From: Candidatus Bathyarchaeota archaeon
GTDB taxonomy: Archaea; Thermoproteota; Bathyarchaeia; Bathyarchaeales; Bathycorpusculaceae
Direction of reading: 5' to 3'
NCBI GenBank assembly: GCA_963811105.1
Contig: CAWEPZ010000011.1
Coordinates: forward strand, 544,001 to 608,000
DNA: 64,000 bases
The notes under the pieces: model-generated
What the model was told of the DNA's origin: nothing
Database searches by the model: none
Seen by the model: the letters and a program-made list of their open reading frames with translations, nothing else
Made by a program: the position numbers and the translations under genes
Shown: positions 1 to 8,871 of the stretch, piece after piece
How the letters are laid out: each line of letters begins with the position of its first letter
Position numbering within the stretch: position 1 is the first letter of the stretch

Positions 1-1
1 T

Positions 2-88
2 TTAGGTGGCACAGTAACATTCGAAAGCGAAGAAGGAAAGGGAACAACTTTCTTCGTTCGTTTGCCCTTCAAGAAGGACAAAACATGA
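2..88 (+). CDS. C-terminal end of a sensor histidine kinase (HATPase_c), 5' part outside the window
   Basis: Reads LGGTVTFESEEGKGTTFFVRLPFKKDKT*, the typical HATPase_c terminus; paralogous to the end of 8872..12138. Confidence 0.85.
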   Translation, partial: LGGTVTFESEEGKGTTFFVRLPFKKDKT

Positions 89-124
89 ACGCTAGGTAAA
101 ATCAGCTTATGTAAAATCAACCTT

Positions 125-250
125 TGGGGAACCGAACTCTAAACATCTATTCAGTAATTGTTATGCGATGGGCTTTTGAGTTCAAGTTCGATTCCCTTCC
201 CGTTTAGGGTTCAAAGAAGTAGTTTGAATACAAATTACCGTGGATCCCTC
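125..250. repeat. Dispersed ~125-bp structured repeat, copy A, just 3' of tRNA-Ser(GGA)
   Basis: tggggaaccgaactctaaacatc...cccgtttagggttcaaagaagtagtttgaatac aligns by eye with 17217..17342 and partly with 14295..14340. Confidence 0.85.
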
Positions 251-380
251 TAATTATCGATAAACTTATCGCCCTCCTGCTCTTGCAACATTTCATATAA
301 AGCAAATCACTAATTTGAATGAACATGGACAATGTATATTCTAGACAAAATAAATTCAAAAACAGCTATAACTGGTAAAA

Positions 381-493
381 TGGCGCCGGGAGGGGGATTT
401 GAACCCCCGCGGCCCCGAAAGGCCACAAGCTGCTTGGTGCTGCTTTCGCAAGCATCTCCAGGCTTGCTCCCTGCCTGGCTAGGATACCCCGGC
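381..493 (-). tRNA. tRNA-Ser(GGA) with a 24-nt intron at position 37/38 (432..455) and encoded CCA
   Basis: Reverse complement GCCGGGG...CAAGC-CT-GGA-G[ATGCTTGCGAAAGCAGCACCAAGC]A-GCTTG, long variable arm, GGTTCAAATCC T-arm, CCCGGC-G-CCA; the intron folds as a BHB-like motif. Confidence 0.95.
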
Positions 494-679
494 ACAACCA
501 CAAGTTGATTTGCACTTCAGTTGATGGGTACCTTTTCTCTGGCTTAAGCATAATTTAAATCTTTATTGTATATCGTTCTTATTGCTACACTAAACCGAAA
601 AATTGCCATTCTTTTTGCGCAAATTCCCAAAGTTTTAAAACTTTGAATATGAAGTAATGTAAGTCGACCGTGTTTAAGT

Positions 680-1738
680 TTGACATTAAAATATCATTAC
701 ATGCAGCTTCCTCGTGAGGTCATCGTTGGAAAAGGAACCTTGCAACACATCCCTGAAGTAACGAAAAGGTTGGGTCTAAAGGGCAAAGCATTGGTAATGT
801 CAGACTCAAAATGTTATGACATAGCTGGAAGAGCTGTGTCTGATTTTTTAACAGAGTCAGGTCTATCGGTCAATTTTCTTCTCGTTAAGACCATGACTCT
901 AAAAGATGTGTTGGACATTGAAGATCAAATAAAAGAGCTAAAACCACAAGTACTTTTCGGTGTAGGCGGCGGAACCATAATTGATGCTGCCAAAATAAGT
1001 TCAGGAAGCCAAAATATCCCATTCATCAGCGTGCCTACAACTGTCTCCCATGACGGAATCGCAAGCCCTTTAGCTTCAATTAAAGGTTCAGACAAACCTT
1101 ACTCAGTACTTGCACAAGCACCCCTCGCGATAATTGCTGACACAGATATAATTGCTCAAGCCCCATGGCGTTTTGTAATAAGTGGCTGCGGAGACGTCAT
1201 AGCAAAATTCACATCCGTCAAAGACTGGAAACTAGCACATTTAGAAGTCAACGAGTACTACGGCGAGTATGCAGCAAGCCTAGCTTTAATGAGCGCAAAA
1301 CTAGTCATTGAAAACTCCAAGCTAATCGTTTCTCACAAAGATGAAGGCTTACATGTTCTTCTTGAAGCTCTGATAAGCTGCGGAGTCGCCATGAGCATTG
1401 CCGGAAGCAGCCGACCATGCAGCGGTTCAGAACATCTATTTAGCCATGCATTAGATCTTGTAAGCACTAACCATGCCATGCACGGGGAACAATGCGGGGT
1501 AGGCTCAATAATAACGGCTTACCTTTTCAAATCAGATTGGAAAAAAATAAGGAGTACACTCAAACAGATGGGTGCTCCAACAACCGCCAGCGAATTAGGG
1601 GTCAAAGACTCTGACATCGTTAAAGCATTGGAATTAGCGGCAAAAATAAGACCCGAACGCTATACAATCCTTCACAAGCTAAATCTTAATCCTGATGTTT
1701 GCGAGAAAACCGCGAAGACAACAGGCGTAATCAGTTAG
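680..1738 (+). CDS. egsA: sn-glycerol-1-phosphate dehydrogenase
   Basis: GVGGGTIIDAAK, PTTVSHDGIASP, SSRPCSGSEHLFSHALD and HGEQCG motifs. Confidence 0.95.
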   Translation: MTLKYHYMQLPREVIVGKGTLQHIPEVTKRLGLKGKALVMSDSKCYDIAGRAVSDFLTESGLSVNFLLVKTMTLKDVLDIEDQIKELKPQVLFGVGGGTIIDAAKISSGSQNIPFISVPTTVSHDGIASPLASIKGSDKPYSVLAQAPLAIIADTDIIAQAPWRFVISGCGDVIAKFTSVKDWKLAHLEVNEYYGEYAASLALMSAKLVIENSKLIVSHKDEGLHVLLEALISCGVAMSIAGSSRPCSGSEHLFSHALDLVSTNHAMHGEQCGVGSIITAYLFKSDWKKIRSTLKQMGAPTTASELGVKDSDIVKALELAAKIRPERYTILHKLNLNPDVCEKTAKTTGVIS

Positions 1739-1905
1739 CTAAAAAACTAAACCCAATCAAATTGCAGATATTATCTCATAGTTTTCGGGATCAATCCTAC
1801 AAAATAGAATGCTAAGTTACCAAGCTACGCCGAAAGTACCTTCTAAAATCCTAAAATCCTACAATGTTACAGTCAATACCGGCATGCAATCAATACGACA
1901 ATTAC

Positions 1906-2286
1906 TTAAGTTCTTAAATTTCCAATGGTTGATTTAGGCAACTGGTTTCCCTCAGGGTCTTCCCCGCATCTAACCAACTAACATTGGGTACCTGCTTAGC
2001 AGATATGACTTTACCCCCAGTTTTAGAATTTTATCCAAGTAATCACTAATCGGATTCGACTGCAAAATAGCTAATGGGTTTTACTTCAGATTCCACCTTC
2101 TTAATCAGGCCACCATTCACTCTTAGCCCCAACGGCATGCTGTCGAATCAATAGAAACGGTTAGTACACCCTAATAGTCCAAAGGTACAGGATACTGAAT
2201 CACTTTCCAGTCGAAAACTTCACAGAATTCCTTAATTTATCTACATCTCGTGCTGGGATATCAAATTGGACTAACATATGGTCCAT
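1906..2286 (-). pseudogene. VOC/glyoxalase-family pseudogene
   Basis: Fragments across frames: MDHMLVQFDIPARDVDKL..FDWK..VNGGLIKK..PISYFAVES..KVISAKQVP..EDPEGNQ; several frameshifts and stops. Confidence 0.75.
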
Positions 2287-2442
2287 CCTCTTTCTTACGC
2301 TTCCATTCAATAGTCAAATGAAAAAGAATAGAAACCGTTATCCTTACAATAATAGATACTTGAACGAAATCTATTTCTATTCTCAGCGACAAACAAAATT
2401 GAAAATGGAATTAAAGAGAAACAAAAAATTTGCAAACCCAAT

Positions 2443-3186
2443 CTACGGGGCGTTAGTTTTTGTTTCAGGTGCTGGCGTTATTACTGCAGGTGTTGGTTTG
2501 GGTTCAGCTTTGAAGGTCTCGACGAATCTAGTCTCTGCTATGTTAGGGATGAATTTCTGGATGTCCATTGCAATGCCGCGTTTTGCGATTTGGATGCCTT
2601 CAACATAGAATGTGTCTTCGGGCATGTCAATTGTTAGGTTACAGTCCTGTATAGTTAGTTTGAACTTGTTTTCTTCTACTACTGGTACTCTTCGGTGAAC
2701 AAGAGAGCCAATTTTTTCTTCGTTCTTTTCAAGTTTTCTTGTTACAGTGACATCGTAAACCAAGGTTCTTCCGGCTAATGGAGGGTTAAAGTCCAAAAGT
2801 ACCCTTCCTGCACCGACTGATCGCACAACTGCCATTTTGCCTTGATATTCAATTCGTGCGCCAATAGCGGGATTAATTTCTTTTGCAAGTAATTGTTTGA
2901 GAGGTACACGCTTTATTTTCTCTGGGTCTCTTTGGCCAAAACCTTTTTCAGGAGAAATTTCAACTGTTGCGAGCGTATTTATTTCCATTGTTATTAAACT
3001 GTCATCTAAGGCTTTGAGAACCCAGCCTTCTCCTATAACAACTAGTTTAGGTTCATATAGCTCTCCTTCTTTGTGGAGATGCTCTTTTTTTGATACATCT
3101 TCGTATGTTGTATCGAAAACTTCGTTTGTTTCTTTAACTTTTGATGTATAATTGATTAATATGAAATCTCCTTTTTGTAGGGTCAT
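2443..3186 (-). CDS. Long-type archaeal FKBP peptidyl-prolyl isomerase
   Basis: GDFILINYT..VFDTT, ISPEKGFGQRDP, LDFNPPLAGRTLVY. Confidence 0.93.
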   Translation of the reverse strand: MTLQKGDFILINYTSKVKETNEVFDTTYEDVSKKEHLHKEGELYEPKLVVIGEGWVLKALDDSLITMEINTLATVEISPEKGFGQRDPEKIKRVPLKQLLAKEINPAIGARIEYQGKMAVVRSVGAGRVLLDFNPPLAGRTLVYDVTVTRKLEKNEEKIGSLVHRRVPVVEENKFKLTIQDCNLTIDMPEDTFYVEGIQIAKRGIAMDIQKFIPNIAETRFVETFKAEPKPTPAVITPAPETKTNAP

Positions 3187-3349
3187 CTCGAATCAACCTT
3201 TGCCTTAACGGCGATGTTTAAAATTCAAACGCGAATAAAAACTTTTTCTACTAGAAAACAGTAAGTGCAAAATGGTCAACTAAAAAGTCATAAACTGAAT
3301 AATTGACCAAGCTGAGAAGAAAATGAATTGGAGTGTTTTGGAATAATTT

Positions 3350-3875
3350 CTAAAGGTTAAGTTTTTGATAGTATTTCTCCAAAAACGCTACTTCGGTGAG
3401 TGGCTTCCTGTCTTCTTAGCCAATTACTTTCTTATCTGGACAGCCGAATCCGACTACAGTCGTGATGCTTAGGTTTGCTCGGTAGAGCGTAGTCTTTTTC
3501 ATCGCCGATGTATCAACATCTATGTATATGCCTGAGGGGGTACGCCAAAGCTCCAAGCGTCAAAAAGCATACTTTGAACGGCTCTTACAGATCTATCATG
3601 TGGAAGAAGTACTTAGGATTAGTCAGGATTATAACTGCAAAATTTGACTTTGCAACCCAATTGGCCTGGTACACTGTCAGATGAAAGTTTTTTTGATATT
3701 TTCTTTATCTTGAACCGATACGAACCGCCAATGCTGAATATTATTGAGGCTTCCGGTTAGGCGGGCGGCCTCAAAAATTTTCTTTTTAATTTCAACTGAA
3801 ACAGATTTTGAACTGAAGGAGCGAGACTCAGTTTTTGTCACAATCAACTTATGGGCATTATTACAAGGTATCCAG
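3350..3875 (-). pseudogene. Nitroreductase-family pseudogene
   Basis: Fragments RSFSSKSVSVEIKKKIFEAARLTGSLNNIQHWRFV..AVQSML..AWSFGV..VVGFGCP..RKPLTEVAF, with frameshifts and stops; 5' end approximate. Confidence 0.75.
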
Positions 3876-3957
3876 ACACACTCTTTTGATGAAGGCTCAA
3901 AACAATTCTGGCTACCACTATTTTGTTTTTGAATTAAATAAATTTAACCGTGATGGC

Positions 3958-4305
3958 TTACCGGTATCTATTTTTGAAAATGCTGATAAACATGTAAACA
4001 ACAGCTACAGCATTTGCTACTGCACTTATTCCATTGAGCAAACGTGCTTCAGGGAAATAAATAACATTGAACGCATTAAAAGAGAAAGCGTAGATAAGTG
4101 AGAAAGTGGCAATTGCAGCGCCAAATTTTTTCATGAGCAGCAAACCAACAGTTGAAATAATCCAAAGTGCGAGTAGGATTGAATTATTGAGATCGGCCGA
4201 ATCGTTGAAAACAGTGACTTCCAGTGCCATAAAAACAGTGTTTATGACCATCCATGCAACAATCGCAAATATTGCTAATGTCTTTTTTGGTTTAGTTTCA
4301 GACAT
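3958..4305 (-). CDS. Small membrane protein, about 4 TM
   Basis: 115-aa ORF with four hydrophobic segments. Confidence 0.7.
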   Translation of the reverse strand: MSETKPKKTLAIFAIVAWMVINTVFMALEVTVFNDSADLNNSILLALWIISTVGLLLMKKFGAAIATFSLIYAFSFNAFNVIYFPEARLLNGISAVANAVAVVYMFISIFKNRYR

Positions 4306-4416
4306 AGCTAATTTTTGTATACTGTTTTAGGATTTAACTTTTTAGTAAAATCTCTTGGAAAATCTTTCGGGATAAAATTAAACAATAAATAAAAGTCTAA
4401 CAAATAGGTATTCCAA

Positions 4417-4923
4417 GTGAATGCTATGCGGTTTGAGTGTTGTGGCTGCAAGAAATCTTTTTCCGGTTCAGGATTAATTGTGAATATAAATAGTAATGAG
4501 CAGATGTATTGTGCGAATTGTTTCTGGAAGGTTCGGGCTGAATACGATAAGAAGAAGACCTGTGAAGACTGTGGCTACTTTGAAAAGGAATCCTGCGAGA
4601 AAACTGGAAAAAATTTGACTCCCGCAAAGGTTGGATTTAACGAGTATTTTGTCGAAGCAGAAACTTGCAAAGACTTCACCATCGAGAAAAAAGGCAGTCC
4701 GAAAAAGAAAGACAAAGAAGTAACTCAGACGCAAAAAGAAGCAGCCGCTCTCGCCAAGAACCTCTCGGAAAAAGGACAAACTCTAACATATTACTGTTGC
4801 CACTGTGGAGCACCTCTAAAAATCGGTGGAAAAACATCAGAAATCCAGAAAACCTGCCCCAGATGCCGCGGTGACCTCGAAATTATCAATCTAGCAAAAT
4901 TAATCAAACAACACCATTCTTAA
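4417..4923 (+). CDS. Multi-zinc-ribbon Cys-rich protein
   Basis: CxxC pairs CCGC, CANC, CEDC, CCHC, CPRC. Confidence 0.75.
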   Translation: MNAMRFECCGCKKSFSGSGLIVNINSNEQMYCANCFWKVRAEYDKKKTCEDCGYFEKESCEKTGKNLTPAKVGFNEYFVEAETCKDFTIEKKGSPKKKDKEVTQTQKEAAALAKNLSEKGQTLTYYCCHCGAPLKIGGKTSEIQKTCPRCRGDLEIINLAKLIKQHHS

Positions 4924-4970
4924 AGCCTCGAAGTTGCAAACGGAATTGGCGATCTCTCTGGGCTTGAAAC

Positions 4971-5888
4971 TTATAGCATTATATCCTTATGATCAATTAA
5001 TTCTTTAGCTGTAATTAGTTTAATGTCAATTCTGTTCATCCGTGCCCTACTAACTGCAGCGTACGCTTCACTGTTGAAGCCAAAAGCAACCATAACGCCA
5101 CTTCGAGTCTTTGCCTGTGTAAGCGCATTCATAAAACCATCAACCTGCAATCTATCCACACTATCCGACTGCTTAATTGCAACCGGAACATTATCACCAG
5201 TGAATCCGTCAATTCCCTTTCTTGAATCTAAGACTGAACCTGCATGACCTCTAATCCTCTGAAACACCCAATCTTGATATTCATAAGAAGAGAAAAGCCG
5301 AACCTTTTGCTCTGAAATCCTCGTCTTCTTAAGCATCATGAATCCACCTATGGAGCCAAGCGCAACCACAACTATACCGACTACAGGAAATGCAACAGAA
5401 CCATAATCAAACCCTTTGCCGGAATTATTGCCGCTTGTATGTCCAGCTCCGCCTGAACTGGGGATAGTAGGTTGGGTTCCAGTTCCTGTGCCGGTTGAAC
5501 CTGTGATAGGCTCTGCAGCGAATGTAATCATGCAAGCATAGTAAGGCTCAAAAGGTAAGTCAAAGCTAAGTGTTATCCACACGGTTTGACCCGGACCTAT
5601 AAGTGTTCTATCTGAAGATTTTGTCTGGGAATCACCTGCTTTAGCGCTAAGAGTAAGAACAGCTGTTGCGACACCATAAACATCGACAGCCTCATTATTT
5701 TTGAATTCTCCAGTCACGTTTGTTGTGTGTGCATCTCCGCCTGCGTTGATTTGGACTCTAGTAACATTTGGCTGAACTGATTCCGCATTTACGAAGCATG
5801 ACTGACTTGCTATTGCAACTACGCTTAAAATTGAAAGAACAAGAAAAAGTATCAACAAACTGTTTACAATCTTACCTTTTTTCGCCAT
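4971..5888 (-). CDS. Membrane-anchored protein with a C-terminal Mrr-like restriction-endonuclease domain
   Basis: Signal peptide, beta-rich extracellular domain, G/T/S linker, TM helix, then YQDWV..KGIDG..PVAIKQSDSVDR..VDGF..GVMVAFGF..IKLITAKELI. Confidence 0.75.
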   Translation of the reverse strand: MAKKGKIVNSLLILFLVLSILSVVAIASQSCFVNAESVQPNVTRVQINAGGDAHTTNVTGEFKNNEAVDVYGVATAVLTLSAKAGDSQTKSSDRTLIGPGQTVWITLSFDLPFEPYYACMITFAAEPITGSTGTGTGTQPTIPSSGGAGHTSGNNSGKGFDYGSVAFPVVGIVVVALGSIGGFMMLKKTRISEQKVRLFSSYEYQDWVFQRIRGHAGSVLDSRKGIDGFTGDNVPVAIKQSDSVDRLQVDGFMNALTQAKTRSGVMVAFGFNSEAYAAVSRARMNRIDIKLITAKELIDHKDIML

Positions 5889-6100
5889 TTCGTCCAACCT
5901 CAAGTTTCAGCGACAACTCTAATGCACCTCTGATGTCATGGTTCGGTATCTATAACCTCAGGGGCTTAGTTAGTCAAACGCTGTCTATGGTACACTTAAT
6001 TATTAAAAACTTTGCATAAACTCAGAAAGATAATTATTTAAGTTAAGCTGAGCGGAAAATCTTTTTTGCTTAATCGCATTAGAACTTTGTAGCGGAATTT

Positions 6101-6586
6101 TTGGTAAACGTGATTGAAAAAACCAGAGGCGTTTTAGTCAGCAAGACCGCTTTTGGTGGTTTGTTTTTTGTTGTTTTCTTGACAACTTGGGATCTGCCAT
6201 TGTTGTGCCTTACTTTTTTTTATGTGCTTACCGTGGGTGGCTCAGCGTTCCTATACGGAGTGCTTCTAGCATCTTACAGCCTCATGTCTTTTGTTTTCAC
6301 ACCTTTTGTTGCCAGGTTGAGCGACCGTTATGGAAGAAGAAAAATCCTACTCGCCGGGTTAGAAATATCCAGCTTAAGCTACTTCATATTCGGCTCAGCG
6401 CACGTTATTTGGCTGCTATTTGCAGGTATAATGCTTTCTGGAACCACACCTGCTAACATCAATGTTGCTCAAGCTTATGTTGCGGATGTCACTACCCAAC
6501 GCAGATTACGTTACCTCGGGGTCTTGGCGCGGCGTTGTTTCAGCTGCAATTTCAGTCGCCCCTGTGCCTTTGGTTTTAAGTTCTAA
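6101..6586 (+). pseudogene. Truncated TetA-like MFS transporter (N-terminal half only)
   Basis: Motif A RLSDRYGRRKIL and VAQAYVADVT; ends just before the att-like site at 6632. Confidence 0.75.
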
Positions 6587-6631
6587 AAAGTTCATAGCAT
6601 TAATTAGCAGAAAAAGGATTGTAGCTTGACG

Positions 6632-6655
6632 TTTACGCATACGCTTAAATTCCAC
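6632..6655. repeat. Degenerate copy of the tRNA-Ser(GCT)-linked att junction
   Basis: tttacgcatacgcttaaattccac matches 14416..14439 tttacacccacgtttaaattccac at 20/24. Confidence 0.6.
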
Positions 6656-6706
6656 CTGAAAAACCCGAGAAACTCAATTCTAATTCGATTTTTGACCAGC
6701 AAGTTT

Positions 6707-6744
6707 ATATGAATACTATTTCATATGAATTATAATTCATATGA
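6707..6744. promoter_or_regulatory. ArsR/SmtB-type operator: two overlapping ATATGAA-N6-TTCATAT boxes
   Basis: Perfect 24-bp palindrome tcatatgaattataattcatatga (6721..6744) plus atatgaatactatttcatat, overlapping the TATA box upstream of the ArsR gene. Confidence 0.75.
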
Positions 6745-6768
6745 TTCGCAATACCAAGATGGAAAGAA

Positions 6769-7089
6769 GTGAAAAAAAGCCTAACAAAAATCTGTTATCG
6801 ATTCTTCATCAACCTAGCAAATCCCACAAGACTCGCAGCACTCGAACAGCTTATGCAGAAACCCATGAGCGTAAACGAACTCGCAACAGCCCTCGGACAA
6901 GAACAAAGCATGATCTCACACAACCTCAAACCATTACTCCAATGTAACCTCATCGCTATCAAAAGGCAAGGCAAAAAACACATTTACACAGTCAACGAAG
7001 AAACTATGCGCCCCATCTTTGGAGCCATCGAAAATCACGCGCAAAAATTCTGCCCAACAGGAGGAAAATGCCTGAAAGGAGAGAATTAA
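6769..7089 (+). CDS. ArsR/SmtB transcriptional regulator
   Basis: LANPTRLAALEQL..MSVNELA..QEQSMISHNLKPL winged HTH. Confidence 0.9.
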   Translation: MKKSLTKICYRFFINLANPTRLAALEQLMQKPMSVNELATALGQEQSMISHNLKPLLQCNLIAIKRQGKKHIYTVNEETMRPIFGAIENHAQKFCPTGGKCLKGEN

Positions 7090-7090
7090 C

Positions 7091-7744
7091 ATGATAAAAA
7101 GAAAAATCGTGAACATAAATGAAAATCTCTGTAATGGATGCGGCAACTGCATCCCTAAATGCGCAGAAGGCGCCCTCCAAATAGTAAACGACAAGGCAAA
7201 AATCATCAAAGAAACCTATTGCGATGGCTTAGGCGCTTGCTTGGGGCAATGCCCTCAAGGAGCAATAACTATAACAGAACGTGAAGCAGAATCCTTCGAC
7301 GAAAACGAAGTGCACGAACATTTCAAGAGAAAACCAAACCCCACGTCGCCAACAGACATTAAAGCTAACTTGACACAACAAAAGCCCCAGTGGCCCGTAA
7401 AACTAAACCTTGTCCCAACCAAGGCTCCATTTTTCGAAAATGCCAACCTACTACTCGCTGCTGACTGCGCACCTATTGCACTCAAAAACTTCCACGACAC
7501 ATTGATGTCTGGAAAGCGAGTCATTATAGGCTGCCCAAAATTCGACGATGCGAAAGCATACGCCCAGAAACTGACCGAGATCCTAAAACAAAACAACATC
7601 GCATCCGTGGCCGTTGTTCATATGGAAGTGCCCTGTTGTACTGGCTTAAAATGGGCTATAAAAAAGGCGCTTGAATTATCAGGTAAACAAATTCCACTTA
7701 GAGAATATGAAATAAAAATAGGAGGCGAAATAGTTGAGCTCTAA
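7091..7744 (+). CDS. 4Fe-4S ferredoxin-domain iron-sulfur protein
   Basis: CNGCGNCIPKCAEGA, CDGLGACLGQCPQGA, QWPVKL, AADC, GCPKFD, MEVPCC. Confidence 0.9.
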   Translation: MIKRKIVNINENLCNGCGNCIPKCAEGALQIVNDKAKIIKETYCDGLGACLGQCPQGAITITEREAESFDENEVHEHFKRKPNPTSPTDIKANLTQQKPQWPVKLNLVPTKAPFFENANLLLAADCAPIALKNFHDTLMSGKRVIIGCPKFDDAKAYAQKLTEILKQNNIASVAVVHMEVPCCTGLKWAIKKALELSGKQIPLREYEIKIGGEIVEL

Positions 7745-7988
7745 AGATAAGCCCATGGAAAAGAATCCTCAAACATGTCCAGGACTACGAGACCTGCTTC
7801 AGCCTAAACCGGCTTATATTAAATGTCATGTTTGCGGCGGCGATCTAGAAATTTGGAGTGATGAAGACAAAACATTATGTCCAGAATGCGGAGCCGAATG
7901 GAAACGCCCCGACAAGACAGCCGCATGCTTAGAATATTGTCAGTACGCCGACAAATGCCGAGGTATAATCGAATCGAAAAAAACCTAA
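7734..7988 (+). CDS. Small Cys-rich metal-binding protein
   Basis: CPG, CHVCG..EIWSDE..CPECG, CLEYCQYADKC. Confidence 0.8.
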   Translation: MSSKDKPMEKNPQTCPGLRDLLQPKPAYIKCHVCGGDLEIWSDEDKTLCPECGAEWKRPDKTAACLEYCQYADKCRGIIESKKT

Positions 7989-7991
7989 AAG

Positions 7992-8486
7992 TTGGAGATG
8001 AATCTTTTGATAAGAGTTTTTGTTATCTATGACACGAAATACGGCAACACAAAACTTGTCGCGGAGACCATTGTCGAGGGAATGAAAGAAATTGAGGACA
8101 TTGAAGCCTCCATTGGCTACATCAAGGAAATTGACATTGGAAAAGTGGCTGATTATGACGCAATAGTGTTAGGCGCGCCAAATCACATGAGTAGACCATC
8201 TCACACTATGAAGAAGTTTGTTAATACGTTGGCTAAGCTTGATCTGAAAGCAAATTTTGCGTCTGTTTTCGGTACTTACTCAGGAAGAATAAGAACTCCA
8301 GACAGAGCGGTGAAAAATCTGGAAAAAACGGTAGAAGAGAAGTTGCCTCACCTAAAACTGATTTCACCAAGTCTATCAATAAGAGTGAATGGAATTCCAG
8401 GTCCTTTGGCAGAAGGAGAACTACCTAAGTGCAAAGACTTCGGCAGAAGAATTGCAAATAACCTGAAGGTTTCTTTGAAAATATAA
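7992..8486 (+). CDS. Flavodoxin-domain protein
   Basis: YDTKYGNTKLVAE FMN loop, YDAIVLGAP, VFGTY. Confidence 0.9.
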   Translation: MEMNLLIRVFVIYDTKYGNTKLVAETIVEGMKEIEDIEASIGYIKEIDIGKVADYDAIVLGAPNHMSRPSHTMKKFVNTLAKLDLKANFASVFGTYSGRIRTPDRAVKNLEKTVEEKLPHLKLISPSLSIRVNGIPGPLAEGELPKCKDFGRRIANNLKVSLKI

Positions 8487-8647
8487 AAACTTGTTTTAGG
8501 TCAACTGGCGAATCGGATTACTTAATGATGGTTGCTCCATCTGGAAGCTTTCCTAATATTGCTATGTACCCTTCAGATTCGTTGACCCAGCAAGACTTTG
8601 TCATTCGGTTTGATCAAAAGTTTTTGTGGTATCGTTCTCGTTGACAT
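8487..8647 (-). pseudogene. N-terminal fragment of a DUF3052-like protein
   Basis: MSTRTIPQKLLIKPNDKVLL(fs)VNESEGYIAILGKLPDGA..PVDL; frameshifted and truncated. Confidence 0.5.
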
Positions 8648-8754
8648 GAAGATCTCAATTGATATTACTTAACTTGGCGAAGTCATAAATGTTAGGACCA
8701 TGCTATTCCTGTTTTAGGTTGCAATTAAGTCGTGATGGATTCATACACTAGACC

Positions 8755-8793
8755 TTAGCGGCAAACCATTATTTCAGACCATAATTTGGGCAT
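8755..8793. repeat. Relic of the cassette end repeat
   Basis: cttagcggcaaaccattatttcagaccataatttgggcat resembles 15358..15398 cttgggcggtaagccataatttcaaataacaatttgagcat. Confidence 0.55.
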
Positions 8794-8871
8794 ACGGCAA
8801 ACGGGCTTACAAAAATTAGTCGATGAAAAGTCATTCAGCATGTTAAATATAAGGATAAACTGTATAGCAGT

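Noticed and set aside
135-212. Similarity of the ctaaac/gtttag stem to integron attC
   Set aside because: It does not match RYYYAAC/GTTRRRY, and no IntI is present in the window.
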